64,000 bases of DNA, taken from NCBI GenBank assembly GCA_963802255.1, contig CAWDHY010000001.1, forward strand, positions 555,842-619,841. The letters are read 5' to 3'. Positions 1 to 9,578 of this stretch are shown here, in pieces (the stretch's first letter is position 1; each line of letters opens with the position of its first letter). The notes below the pieces were generated by a model, which saw only the letters and a program-made list of their open reading frames with translations, did no database searches and was not told the DNA's origin. The position numbers and the translations under genes were made by a program. This stretch comes from Candidatus Magasanikiibacteriota bacterium (GTDB lineage Bacteria > Patescibacteriota > Patescibacteriia > Magasanikbacterales > GWA2-37-8).

Positions 1-682
1 TAAAGTCGATACAGGAAATAACCGGCGTGTATACAACTTTCATTCCAATTTTTTTGCATTCACGGCAAATATCAACATCTTCAAACCAGATAAAATATCT
101 CGGATCAAACGCCCAACCAAGTTTATCGTACAGGGTACGTCGCATCAGCATAAATGAACCTCGCACGGTATCAACCTCTTGCTCAACATCATCGTTAAAA
201 TTTTTATACAAATATCCGCTTAGAACATTCGGAAATATGTGATGAATTTTTAGAAGTATTGCTATTTGATCAAAAAGGCCGGGGAAACGTCTTGGTTTTG
301 CTTTTTCATTAAATTTTCCATTTTCATCTACAAGCTTGCAACTGGCGATTCCGACATCATGATGCTCACGCATCCACATAACGATTTTATCCAAACTCCC
401 CTCTTGCAGTCGCATATCCGGATTTAAAAAAAGCAAAAATTCACCTGACGACATCTCCGCTGCCTGATTATTGGCGTGGCCAAAACCGGCATTGTCTGAA
501 TTTTTTATTATTTTTACACTCGGAAAATCTTTAATGACCAAATCTATCGCGCCGTCTTCTGATCCGTTATCAACAACCCACTGTTCAATATCAATATTTT
601 TCACGGCGGACTCCGTGGATTTTAGCTGGTCGGCAATTCTTTCTTTATCGTTATGCGTTACGGTAATAATTGATAGATCCAT
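1..682 (-). CDS. Glycosyltransferase family 2 (partial, runs off the window start)
   Basis: Manual translation from ATG at 682: MDLSIITVTHNDKERIADQLKS...WVVDNGSEDG...LLFLNPD, typical GT2 motifs; absent from the ORF track because no stop lies in the window. Confidence 0.88.
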   Translation of the reverse strand, partial: MDLSIITVTHNDKERIADQLKSTESAVKNIDIEQWVVDNGSEDGAIDLVIKDFPSVKIIKNSDNAGFGHANNQAAEMSSGEFLLFLNPDMRLQEGSLDKIVMWMREHHDVGIASCKLVDENGKFNEKAKPRRFPGLFDQIAILLKIHHIFPNVLSGYLYKNFNDDVEQEVDTVRGSFMLMRRTLYDKLGWAFDPRYFIWFEDVDICRECKKIGMKVVYTPVISCIDF

Positions 683-840
683 AATTTTCCGCACTTATAT
701 ATAACCAAAAAATAAAGCCATTACGTAGCTATTTTTTGCTTAATTAAAGCTAAACTATGATAACATAATGGCTTGAATTGTCAAAGTTGCCTAAATTAAA
801 AAATCCCCATTTTTTGGGGCTTTTATTTAAAAAAAACTTT

Positions 841-1950
841 TTACCTCGACCCTCTGCTGATGCTGGCAACAATTCCAACTGCAGCGAGACATGCCATAAG
901 AGACGACCCTCCATGACTCACAAAAGGCAAAGTAACGCCGGTTAATGGCAACAAGCCGACCATCGCGCCGATATTTATGAATGATTGCCAAAAAAACCAA
1001 ATCATAATCCCGGAAACAAGCAAAAAACCGTATTCATCGGTCGCTTCTTTCGCGATTTTGAATCCCCTCCATGCAATAAGCAAAATTAACACTACAACGC
1101 CGGACGAAAAAATAAAACCAAGTTCTTCAGCAATAACAGCGTAAATAGAATCAGCCTGAACTTCCGGTAAATAAGCGTGCTTTTGACGCGAATGGCCAAA
1201 ACCTAGCCCCCAAAAACCTCCTGAACCGACCGCTAAATACGCTTGATTAACATGGTAACCAACACCTTGCGGGTCGAGCTCCGGATGTAAAAAGATCGTC
1301 AGACGATTCATGCGATAAGGCGCTACAAGCGCAATCATAGCAAAACCAACAATCCCGACTAAGCCGATAATAACAAGATAAACTTTTGGCGTCTTGGCTA
1401 AAAATAACATGCCATATGTAACACCGCATATAACTGCAAGTGTTCCGATATCCGGTTGCAGTAATATGAGAATCATTACCGGCGCAATAACACCAATAAC
1501 CGGCAACAAACCGTGTTTAAAATCCCTGAGGTCACGATGCGGATCACTCAACATCTGGGCGAGAAGCATAATTATACCCAATTTAACAAACTCAGCCGGT
1601 TGAAAATGAAAAATACCGACATCAATCCAGCTTTTGGCAAATTTGTTAAAATCCGCCCCGACACCCGGAATAAAGACAATTATTAATGCCACCAGACAAG
1701 CAAAATATGCTACCCAGCTTATTCGCTGCCAAAATTTTGCTTTGAAACGTATAAAAATAAAAAACAAAAACAGGCCCGGCAACAAACCGAACAAAACCTG
1801 TCTTTTTACAAAATAATAAATATCGTCAAATCGGCTATAGCCATATGGGGCGCTCGCCGAAACTAAAACAGCCAGGCCAAACAAAACTAACAAGGCCACA
1901 TAAATTAAAAAAAGTCGATCAGTCTTTTTTTCTGTCGGTCTTTCCATCAT
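841..1950 (-). CDS. ftsW: SEDS-family peptidoglycan polymerase FtsW
   Basis: FQPAEFVK, LQPDIGT, LPEVQADSIYAVIAEELG and GVTLPFVSHGGSS motifs; about 10 hydrophobic segments. Confidence 0.9.
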   Translation of the reverse strand: MMERPTEKKTDRLFLIYVALLVLFGLAVLVSASAPYGYSRFDDIYYFVKRQVLFGLLPGLFLFFIFIRFKAKFWQRISWVAYFACLVALIIVFIPGVGADFNKFAKSWIDVGIFHFQPAEFVKLGIIMLLAQMLSDPHRDLRDFKHGLLPVIGVIAPVMILILLQPDIGTLAVICGVTYGMLFLAKTPKVYLVIIGLVGIVGFAMIALVAPYRMNRLTIFLHPELDPQGVGYHVNQAYLAVGSGGFWGLGFGHSRQKHAYLPEVQADSIYAVIAEELGFIFSSGVVVLILLIAWRGFKIAKEATDEYGFLLVSGIMIWFFWQSFINIGAMVGLLPLTGVTLPFVSHGGSSLMACLAAVGIVASISRGSR

Positions 1951-1956
1951 AATGTT

Positions 1957-2310
1957 CTACAAATTAATTTCGACCAGCAGGTACACGGCTAAAACCAAAA
2001 AAATTTGAAATAATGCCGCGCAAATTGATAAAATTCGCGATATAATTTTGTCAGAATTATAGCTATAAAATGAGAGTAAAAAATTTACAAGTATTAAAAC
2101 TAGGCCACCAAGCGGTAAAAATAACGCTTTCCACCAAGCACCAACCAAATCAATCCCGAAAATATTGTTATAGTGTAAAAAGGCCTGTTCGCCTGTGACA
2201 CTAAGCTTGAACACTATATAAAACCACATAAATAATTGCCCGGCCGCGGAAAAAATTATCGGCACGATAATCCAGGGGTCCTTGAAAAATACTTTTAATA
2301 AATAAAACAT
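1957..2310 (-). CDS. Small 3-TM membrane protein (LHYNxxFGID motif)
   Basis: Three hydrophobic segments; 3-nt and 6-nt gaps to neighbours. Confidence 0.75.
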   Translation of the reverse strand: MFYLLKVFFKDPWIIVPIIFSAAGQLFMWFYIVFKLSVTGEQAFLHYNNIFGIDLVGAWWKALFLPLGGLVLILVNFLLSFYSYNSDKIISRILSICAALFQIFLVLAVYLLVEINL

Positions 2311-2313
2311 AAA

Positions 2314-5088
2314 TTAGATTACAGTGAGCGATCCTCCTTCGCCGAGCAAAATTTTACCGCGCCTTGAAACTTTGCCGGATAATATAAGTTCCGCCAGTTT
2401 ATTTTCTACGCGCTCTTGAAGCGCCCTGCGCATTGGTCTGGCGCCAAATTCGGGATCAAACCCAACCGAAGCGAGAAAATCGAGAGCAGTATCTTCGACC
2501 ACAAGTTCAATTCCTTTGGCCTCAAGATCCTTCGCGACTCGTGTAAGCATTATGCCTGCAATCTTTTTAATATCTTCCATATCAAGCGGTTTAAACAAAA
2601 CTATGCCGTCAAAACGATTTAAAAATTCCGGACGAAAATACTGTTTTAATTCTCCATGTAATAAGTGCTCTTTAATTGAGTCTGAAGAAGCGCCTTCTCT
2701 CATCTGTTCCTGTACATATGAGGTTCCCGCGTTTGACGTGGCAATAATAATAACATTTGTAAAATCTATAACTCTGCCTGTGCTGTCCGTTAACCGGCCG
2801 TCGTCCATCACTTGTAGAAATAAATTCAAAATATCAGGGTCGGCTTTTTCAATTTCATCAAGTAAAAGAAGCGTAAAAGGATGTCGCCGGATAGCTTCAG
2901 TAAGTATTCCCGTCCCCTTTTCACCCGGCGCTCCGATTAACCGATATATTCCGGATTTATCCTGATATTCACTCATATCAATTCGCGTCATCCTTTCTTC
3001 ACCGCCAAAATACACTTGTGAGATAGTTTTAGCCAATTCTGTTTTACCCACACCAGTAGGACCAAGAAATAAAAAGTTGGCTATCGGTCTTTGTTTTGAC
3101 CTAATTTCAACTCTGGCTCGGCGCAACGCGTTCGCCACCAAATCAACAGCTTCATCTTGTCCAATAACACGCTTATGCATTTCTTCCTCCAATTTTAGAA
3201 GCTTGCCGGTCTCATCTGTGGTTACGGAAGTAACCGGAATGCCGGTCTTGTCCGCAATAATAAATGCAATTTCTTCAGATGTTACCAGGGTATCGGCCCC
3301 TTTTTTTGAACGCGCATATCCCGCGGCTTCGCTCGCAATTTCAAGCGCACTGCCCGGTAAATATGTTTCATGCAGATACCGCGCCGACAACTGAACGGTT
3401 TTTTCAACGGCGCTATAGGCGAAAAAGACTTGATTTTTATACTCTAACGCTCCAATTTTTGATTCGACAACCTGTATTGCCTGATTTTCGTCCATCTCCT
3501 TAATATCAATTTTTGTAAATACGTTAGATAGCGATGTATCGGATACATGACGCGCATATTCTTCATCAGTTGTTGTTGCTATCGTCAGAAAATTTCCACC
3601 TTTTAAATATTCGGCTAATGTATCCGCCACATCAAGACTACTTCCCTCACCCGCCGATACACCCACTAGTTCATGAATATTGTGAATAAATAATATTACG
3701 TTTCTTGCCTTCGCTATCTCATTCATTATACCCACTAATCTTTCTATCGCTCCGGCAGGTGTTGTTCCGGCTAATAAAGACGGTACACTAAGTTTAACAA
3801 GGCGCTTATCTTGTAAACGAACCGGTACGTCATCTTCAACCATTCTTTGCGCCAAACCTTCCACAATAGTTCTTTTACCTACGCCGTGAGGCCCAACCAA
3901 AATAACACTCATTGAACCGCCGTCAACGACCCGAAAAATCTCTTCATTTTCTTTCTCTCTTGCGGCGCAATAATCATAGTGACCGAGCTGGGCATACAGC
4001 GTCATGTCTTCGCTTAAAGAATTTAAAAAAGGAGTCGATAAAGCTGTCATCGCTTTATCCATTCCTGTCTTTGACCGATGGCTAGCCGCGCGGGATAATT
4101 TTAAATATTGCCGGTACAAACGCTCCCTTATGCGAGCCCATTCAACAACATTCAGCAGTTGATTTTTCTCAACATTCAAATCATACATCAACTCCTGCAA
4201 AAATGGCGACTGTTTGATTGTAGCAACTAACAATTCGGTAACACTGACGTATTCCTGATGTGCTTCGTAAGCCTCTTCATACGCCCGAAACAAAATTTGT
4301 TGAATATCAGGCGACAGAAGCGGCATTGACGCTGAACTTTGCGTTTTAGCCGGTAAACCATAGGAAGATGAGATGTCATCTTGCAACGCTTTTGCCGGAA
4401 TTCCAAGCCTGATAAATACATTGGAAATGCGATTAAATGAAAGCAATGCGTAAAAAAGATGCTCCGGGGTAACAGTAGGATAATTATTCTTATCGGCAAA
4501 TCTGTATGCTTCGGCTAGAACCGACATTGCTTCATCAGTGAAAGCGCCATTTACTTTATGCCACTTATTTTTTGGAATAGACATGGCCTGAGTCCAATCG
4601 GAAACTATCTGTTGCTCGTGATCTTCACCCAAATCTTTAGCTTTATAATCATATTTTTCGACTAAACCACTTTTTTTTCTTTCCACAATCACGCGGTACC
4701 ATAAAGCACACAAGAAAATCAGACCCAGCCAAAATAAAAATTTATACTGTCCGTCAAGCGCAAAAAAAACTTCCGGCCACATATCCGGTGATGAAACAAA
4801 ATTCTTCACCAATCCGCTTTTATAAATTAAAAATAAAAACCATACCCATGAATTAAGCCATAATACAATCAGTGTGATGCGGCGGATTTTATTCCAAATT
4901 CTTCTGCCGTTTAAAAGCGCAAGATTGTATCTTGTGAGCGGATAATCCCAGAACAACCACCGGTTTCTTTTCCATACGCCAAGAGACGACGTCTTGCAGA
5001 CAGAGCATTTCCGTAAACCAACCAGACCGGTTCCTTTGCACGACGGACAAGATAAGACATTAAGCTGTGGTAACTCTTCAAACATCAT
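2314..5088 (-). CDS. Membrane-anchored Clp/Hsp100-like AAA+ ATPase (Zn finger, 2 TM, Clp-N, degenerate D1, intact D2)
   Basis: CPSCKGTG..CSVC, two TM helices, Clp-N repeats (PEHLFYALL), D1 GPHGVGKR/LFIHNIH, D2 GPTGVGKT/LLLLDEIEK, FRPEFLNR, FGARPMRR. Confidence 0.9.
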   Translation of the reverse strand: MMFEELPQLNVLSCPSCKGTGLVGLRKCSVCKTSSLGVWKRNRWLFWDYPLTRYNLALLNGRRIWNKIRRITLIVLWLNSWVWFLFLIYKSGLVKNFVSSPDMWPEVFFALDGQYKFLFWLGLIFLCALWYRVIVERKKSGLVEKYDYKAKDLGEDHEQQIVSDWTQAMSIPKNKWHKVNGAFTDEAMSVLAEAYRFADKNNYPTVTPEHLFYALLSFNRISNVFIRLGIPAKALQDDISSSYGLPAKTQSSASMPLLSPDIQQILFRAYEEAYEAHQEYVSVTELLVATIKQSPFLQELMYDLNVEKNQLLNVVEWARIRERLYRQYLKLSRAASHRSKTGMDKAMTALSTPFLNSLSEDMTLYAQLGHYDYCAAREKENEEIFRVVDGGSMSVILVGPHGVGKRTIVEGLAQRMVEDDVPVRLQDKRLVKLSVPSLLAGTTPAGAIERLVGIMNEIAKARNVILFIHNIHELVGVSAGEGSSLDVADTLAEYLKGGNFLTIATTTDEEYARHVSDTSLSNVFTKIDIKEMDENQAIQVVESKIGALEYKNQVFFAYSAVEKTVQLSARYLHETYLPGSALEIASEAAGYARSKKGADTLVTSEEIAFIIADKTGIPVTSVTTDETGKLLKLEEEMHKRVIGQDEAVDLVANALRRARVEIRSKQRPIANFLFLGPTGVGKTELAKTISQVYFGGEERMTRIDMSEYQDKSGIYRLIGAPGEKGTGILTEAIRRHPFTLLLLDEIEKADPDILNLFLQVMDDGRLTDSTGRVIDFTNVIIIATSNAGTSYVQEQMREGASSDSIKEHLLHGELKQYFRPEFLNRFDGIVLFKPLDMEDIKKIAGIMLTRVAKDLEAKGIELVVEDTALDFLASVGFDPEFGARPMRRALQERVENKLAELILSGKVSRRGKILLGEGGSLTVI

Positions 5089-5092
5089 AATT

Positions 5093-5455
5093 CTATGAAA
5101 AACGCGATAATGAATTGATCAGGCCCCAAACAATGACTACCGGTAAAACAAGCCAAAACAACAATAATATTATGCAAAAAATAAGCCACACAAATAAGGC
5201 GAATCCGCGGCCGATTACCTGAAAAAAACGCATTAAAAAACTTATGATTCTTCCCTGTATATCATACTGACCAAACATCGGTACAAATAAATTTTTTAAC
5301 CACAGACCGGGAGATAAATTTCTATTTCCAATCTGGAATAATTCAGCACACCAAATAAGAGCATGCTTTAAGCCACCCGTATACCACCATAGAGGAAAAT
5401 ACAGCGCGTCCAAAAATGTTTCAACAAACAAGCGCTGTATAATTAGATATAACAT
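5093..5455 (-). CDS. Small membrane protein directly upstream of the Clp-like gene
   Basis: Likely start MLYLII at 5455; hydrophobic C-terminal helices; 4-nt gap to the Clp-like ORF. Confidence 0.75.
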   Translation of the reverse strand: MLYLIIQRLFVETFLDALYFPLWWYTGGLKHALIWCAELFQIGNRNLSPGLWLKNLFVPMFGQYDIQGRIISFLMRFFQVIGRGFALFVWLIFCIILLLFWLVLPVVIVWGLINSLSRFS

Positions 5456-5474
5456 AAGATATTCTTCACTATGA

Positions 5475-5503
5475 ATTATAGCACAAATAAAATAGCCGTC
5501 CAA
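5475..5503 (-). promoter_or_regulatory. Putative sigma70 promoter of the membrane protein-Clp-ftsW operon
   Basis: TTGGAC-N17-TATAAT with an extended -10 TG, about 20 nt upstream of ATG 5455. Confidence 0.6.
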
Positions 5504-5541
5504 GGCGTATATGGCTGATTGAACGGCTGTTGAAAATGTAT

Positions 5542-5913
5542 TTATCTTTTGGCGACCGCTATATCAACCGGTTTAATGTATTTAATAAATGAAACAGAAG
5601 TCATCCCTGATGACTGCACTCTTTTTTCTAAATTCGGAAGAGCATTAAAACTCGCAACTTCCACATTTATTTTTTGGATTTCTGATTTTAAATCAGACAC
5701 TTTTTTCTGCAAGTCGCGCATTTCATAACCGCTTCCGGAGGCGACGCTCACCTGGCAAATAAAGGCGACCAGCAAAGAAGCAAAAATTCCAACATAGGCA
5801 AACCGTGCTTTTGGACCGCCAATCCATGCCGGCACAGACAAGCAACGATAATAACCGATCAGCCAGCGTTTATAATGTTCAACCTGATATTTAATTTTTC
5901 TTTTTAATATCAT
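5542..5913 (-). CDS. ftsL: FtsL-like cell division protein
   Basis: Follows rsmH with overlap; single TM then coiled coil (GYEMRDLQKKVSDLKSEIQKIN). Confidence 0.65.
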   Translation of the reverse strand: MILKRKIKYQVEHYKRWLIGYYRCLSVPAWIGGPKARFAYVGIFASLLVAFICQVSVASGSGYEMRDLQKKVSDLKSEIQKINVEVASFNALPNLEKRVQSSGMTSVSFIKYIKPVDIAVAKR

Positions 5914-6818
5914 ATCTTAATTACTGCTCGCAATTTAGCGCTTCTGGAACGCCTGTTGCCCTTCAGCTCATTTGCTTGCGGGCAAATTGGTTTTTTATTA
6001 ATTAATTCAATTTGCTTGCCGGCAATACCGGCGAAAAATTGCTTAACAATTCTATCCTCGAGTGAATGAAATGTTATTACTGCCAATTTTCCGCCAGGCG
6101 AGAGCAGGTCAATCGCTTGAGGCAATGCTTGTTTTAATGACTCAAGTTCATGATTTACCGCTATGCGCAATGCTTGAAATACTTTTGTTGCCGGGTGTGA
6201 ACCGCCTATCCAAGGAATTTCCTTGTCACTTTGCAGTTTGCTCTTGTATACCGACAGGACTATATCAACGAGCTGTTTAGTTGATAAAATCAACTCAACC
6301 TTTCTCAATGTTACAATTTCTTTTGCAATTTCTTCTGCAAATTTTTCTTCCCCAAATTGCTTAAAAATCTTTTTCAATTCCGGCTCACTATAATTATTTA
6401 AAATATCTGACGCTTTTTCTCTCGTGGCTTCATAGGGGTCGAACCTCATATCTAATAACTCGTCTTTATCAAATGAAAATCCCCTCCCCCTTTCCTCAAA
6501 TTGCGGAGATGACCACCCAAGATCCATGATAATTACATCCGCATTTTTGAACCCGTTCGCTTCTGCAATATTTTTTAAATCCTTAAAATTTGCTTTAGCA
6601 AAGGTAACTTGTTCTCCAAATTTGTATAAGTACCTTTTTGCCCTAAGCAGAGATTCCGGGTCAGTATCAATGCCGAATAATTTACCTTTTTCTCCGACAG
6701 CTTCGAGAAAGGCTTCAGCATGACCACCATCGCCCAAGGTGCAATCTATTACCACATCTCCCTGTTCTGGTTTTATCAATTGAATTATTTCATTTAAAAG
6801 TACTGGTTCGTGTCTCAT
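5910..6818 (-). CDS. rsmH: 16S rRNA m4C1402 methyltransferase RsmH (MraW)
   Basis: HEPVLL, DCTLGDGGH, DLGWSS, FQALRIAVN, ITFHSLEDR, RSRSAKLR; start at MRHEPV. Confidence 0.95.
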   Translation of the reverse strand: MRHEPVLLNEIIQLIKPEQGDVVIDCTLGDGGHAEAFLEAVGEKGKLFGIDTDPESLLRAKRYLYKFGEQVTFAKANFKDLKNIAEANGFKNADVIIMDLGWSSPQFEERGRGFSFDKDELLDMRFDPYEATREKASDILNNYSEPELKKIFKQFGEEKFAEEIAKEIVTLRKVELILSTKQLVDIVLSVYKSKLQSDKEIPWIGGSHPATKVFQALRIAVNHELESLKQALPQAIDLLSPGGKLAVITFHSLEDRIVKQFFAGIAGKQIELINKKPICPQANELKGNRRSRSAKLRAVIKI

Positions 6819-6819
6819 A

Positions 6820-7251
6820 TTAAATTCCCAGTTCCGCCATCCTTTCGGCGATTTCCCCGCTTTCAGTTTCCGTTTGTGTTTTATATGTTTTCCACTCTGA
6901 TTCATCCCAAATTTCTAAACGGCTATACAACCCGGCAACGACTACTGCTTTTTTTAAACCGGCAAACGAACGGAGATACTCCGGAAGAACCAACCGGCCC
7001 TGTTTGTCTATGTCCATATCCATCGCTCCGGCAAGCATTAATCGGGCAAAAGCCCGGCTGTCTGCTTGGCTGATTGGCAAAGCAGCCAATTTTTCCGCCA
7101 ACTTTTCCCATTCATTTTTTGTATAAAGAAAAAGGCAGTTGTCCAAACCTCTGGTGACTACCGCTCCCCCTTTAAGTTCTGCGCGAAACTTTGCCGGAAT
7201 TGCCAGCCGCCCCTTATCATCTAGATTGTGGGAGTATTCGCCAATAAACAT
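6820..7251 (-). CDS. mraZ: Division/cell wall cluster transcriptional repressor MraZ
   Basis: MFIGEYSHNLDDKGRLAIPAKFR and DKQGRLVLP duplicated AbrB-like motifs. Confidence 0.96.
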   Translation of the reverse strand: MFIGEYSHNLDDKGRLAIPAKFRAELKGGAVVTRGLDNCLFLYTKNEWEKLAEKLAALPISQADSRAFARLMLAGAMDMDIDKQGRLVLPEYLRSFAGLKKAVVVAGLYSRLEIWDESEWKTYKTQTETESGEIAERMAELGI

Positions 7252-7266
7252 AAAAACTGGATATTT

Positions 7267-7318
7267 ACCACTTTTCACCACTACTAACCATTTTATACCA
7301 CTTTAATACATGCGTCAA
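7267..7318 (-). promoter_or_regulatory. mraZ promoter with four GTGG-type MraZ-binding repeats
   Basis: TTGACG-N17-TAAAAT (7318-7290); GTGGT/ATGGT repeats at exact 10-bp period (7267, 7277, 7287, 7297). Confidence 0.8.
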
Positions 7319-7354
7319 CACAAAACACCATAATATTTTTGGCTAATATAAAAC

Positions 7355-7378
7355 AAAAAATCCCGCTTTAAACGGGAT
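7355..7378 (-). terminator. Intrinsic terminator after the MBL-fold gene
   Basis: AATCCCG-CTTTAAA-CGGGATT hairpin with A-run (U-tract on the minus strand). Confidence 0.6.
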
Positions 7379-7387
7379 TGTGGATAA
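7379..7387. promoter_or_regulatory. Perfect DnaA box upstream of mraZ
   Basis: TGTGGATAA = reverse complement of TTATCCACA, intergenic. Confidence 0.6.
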
Positions 7388-7400
7388 CTTTTTTTATTTC

Positions 7401-8765
7401 TTAAAACTGAACCGGAGTATCAGGTGTGGCAACTTCAGTTGGAATTTTTAACTCATTCTCAATTCTTCCGGCAAGGACTTCACTTTGGGTAATGTCACCA
7501 TGATTCAATATTACTTTCTTCGGCATCGCCCCGTCATTTTTTATCCAGCTAAATAGTCTGGCCCGGTCCGCATGAGCAGATAAAACATCAGCAAACTCAA
7601 TTTTACATTTCACCCGGACATTTTCACCCAAAAAATTTACCTGCGGCGCGCCATCTAATATTTTTCTGCCTAAAGTATGGGGCGCCTGAAAGCCTGTAAA
7701 AAACAAAGTATTTTTCTCGTCAGACAAATAGCGTAAAGCGTGATGCTGAATTCTGCCTCCGTTCATCATTCCGGCGCCGGCAATTATCACTTTTCTTCCA
7801 CGGAGACTGTTAATTTTTCTGGAATCGTCCCTTGAATAACAAACCTTCAATCCGTGGAAGTGAAACAGATCATCTCCGGAAAATAAATGTTTTTTTGCTT
7901 CATCATCAAAATATTTTGTATAACGGCTAAAAACATCAGTTGCGTCTATAGCCATCGGAGAATCAAGAAAAATAGGAATATCTTGAGGGAATGATTTTTC
8001 AAGGTCAATCAATTCATTTAGGTCATAAAGGATTTCTTGCGTTCGCTCCACCGAAAAAGCCGGAACCATCAAAACCCCTCCCCTATCCATAGCTTTTTTA
8101 ACAACGCTCTTAATAACATTCTGTCTGTCCAATTTTGTATTGTGCAGCCGGTCTCCGTAGGTTGATTCACAAACCAACAGGTCAACTCCATCGGGGAGTT
8201 TGTCTGTATCACGCAAAATCGGCACTTTCACATTGCCCAAATCTCCGGAGAAAACGATTTTTTTCCCTGAACAATTTATTTCTACAAATGCTGAGCCAAA
8301 TATATGCCCGGCTTCATAAAATTTAATCGATACTTTTTCAGCGGACGATAAGGTAAACTCTTCATAATATTCAATGTTCTTACACTGCCCTACAGTTGCT
8401 GTAACATCGTCTAAGCTGTATAAAATTCGCGTGCCATATTTCTTATTGTTGTATGTCATTATATCAAACGCATCTTCTAGCACTATTTTAATTAGGTCGA
8501 TGGTCGGTGGTGTAGCAAAAATAAATCCTTTATAACCGGCTTTTATAAGCAAGGGCAAGCGGCCAATGTGATCAAGATGGGCATGCGTCACCACGACTGC
8601 ATTCAAGGAACCAGCTTCAAATACGAATGGATCTGCGTTTCTATCTTCGACAAAATCACCGCCCTGGAAGGCGCCACAATCAACCAATATCCTGATATTG
8701 TTATGTTCAAAAAGCGAACAGGACCCTGTTACCTCGCCAGCCGCCCCGAAAAATGAAATATTCAT
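7401..8765 (-). CDS. MBL-fold beta-CASP ribonuclease
   Basis: GAAGEVTGS, THAHLDHIGRLP, ESTYGDR, AGAGMMNGGRI, LSAHAD, LNHGD. Confidence 0.9.
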   Translation of the reverse strand: MNISFFGAAGEVTGSCSLFEHNNIRILVDCGAFQGGDFVEDRNADPFVFEAGSLNAVVVTHAHLDHIGRLPLLIKAGYKGFIFATPPTIDLIKIVLEDAFDIMTYNNKKYGTRILYSLDDVTATVGQCKNIEYYEEFTLSSAEKVSIKFYEAGHIFGSAFVEINCSGKKIVFSGDLGNVKVPILRDTDKLPDGVDLLVCESTYGDRLHNTKLDRQNVIKSVVKKAMDRGGVLMVPAFSVERTQEILYDLNELIDLEKSFPQDIPIFLDSPMAIDATDVFSRYTKYFDDEAKKHLFSGDDLFHFHGLKVCYSRDDSRKINSLRGRKVIIAGAGMMNGGRIQHHALRYLSDEKNTLFFTGFQAPHTLGRKILDGAPQVNFLGENVRVKCKIEFADVLSAHADRARLFSWIKNDGAMPKKVILNHGDITQSEVLAGRIENELKIPTEVATPDTPVQF

Positions 8766-8850
8766 AAAAAAATAAGCAAATTATTTGATAATTATACCAC
8801 AATTTATACCCTACACAAATAGATAAAGTTCTGCTATACTTAGAGCGAAT

Positions 8851-9567
8851 ATGATAACAAATCCAGACGATAGAATAAAAGGCGTAGAAATAATTGAACC
8901 GCCAATCCAGGAGCTAAAAAAACGCGGATCATGGCTAACAACCGCTTGTATGAGCGGCTGCAGTTTTATCTTAATTTTTATCATTGGAGTTGTAATCGGG
9001 GTTAAAATGTTTATTGGCGCCGGGCCTAAGGAAATTAAAAATTTGCCGGAAAATTTTCCGGCAAACATTCCTGTCTATGACCAATATAATATTGATAAGA
9101 TAACCCTCATTTCAGGACGATATAAAAGCCGGAGCATGGAGGTGTCAGCTCTTTTTCCAAAATTAATTTTGTCACCTCTTATATTAAGAAACGAACAACA
9201 AGCGGGCGAGGAAAATATAGGAATCATCCGTCAACTTTGGCTCGCCTTCACCGAGCCGGTCGGCGATAACAGAGATACCGTTCAGATTGAATGGCGGAAC
9301 ATATCAAGTGATGCGACTACTATGATTGCTTATTATAAAAATAAACTTGACGATGCGCTCTGCACGGTAGAGTCAGAAACTGCCGGTATAAATTATAATC
9401 AAATCACATTTAACTGCGAAAATGAATTAAGCGGAACTATATACGTTCAAATGGGTGAAACAAAAAAAATGATATCTTATGCTTATTTAATAATTAATTT
9501 ATCTCCAAATAATTCTGAAACTCCGGCAGACACTTCATCGAGCACAATACAATCAGCTGAAGATTAA
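8851..9567 (+). CDS. Hypothetical single-TM protein
   Basis: 238-aa ORF with N-terminal TM; upstream of murJ. Confidence 0.7.
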   Translation: MITNPDDRIKGVEIIEPPIQELKKRGSWLTTACMSGCSFILIFIIGVVIGVKMFIGAGPKEIKNLPENFPANIPVYDQYNIDKITLISGRYKSRSMEVSALFPKLILSPLILRNEQQAGEENIGIIRQLWLAFTEPVGDNRDTVQIEWRNISSDATTMIAYYKNKLDDALCTVESETAGINYNQITFNCENELSGTIYVQMGETKKMISYAYLIINLSPNNSETPADTSSSTIQSAED

Positions 9568-9578
9568 TTATTCGTAAC

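Noticed and set aside
2416-3503. Plus-strand ORFs antisense to long genes (here and throughout, e.g. 34590-35027, 41123-41620, 54417-55222)
   Set aside because: Shadow frames of well-supported genes without motifs or translation signals
5910-6905. N-terminal extensions of rsmH (also mraZ, recJ, dnaK, DUF2207) in the ORF track
   Set aside because: They overlap upstream genes or promoters; homology begins at downstream ATGs
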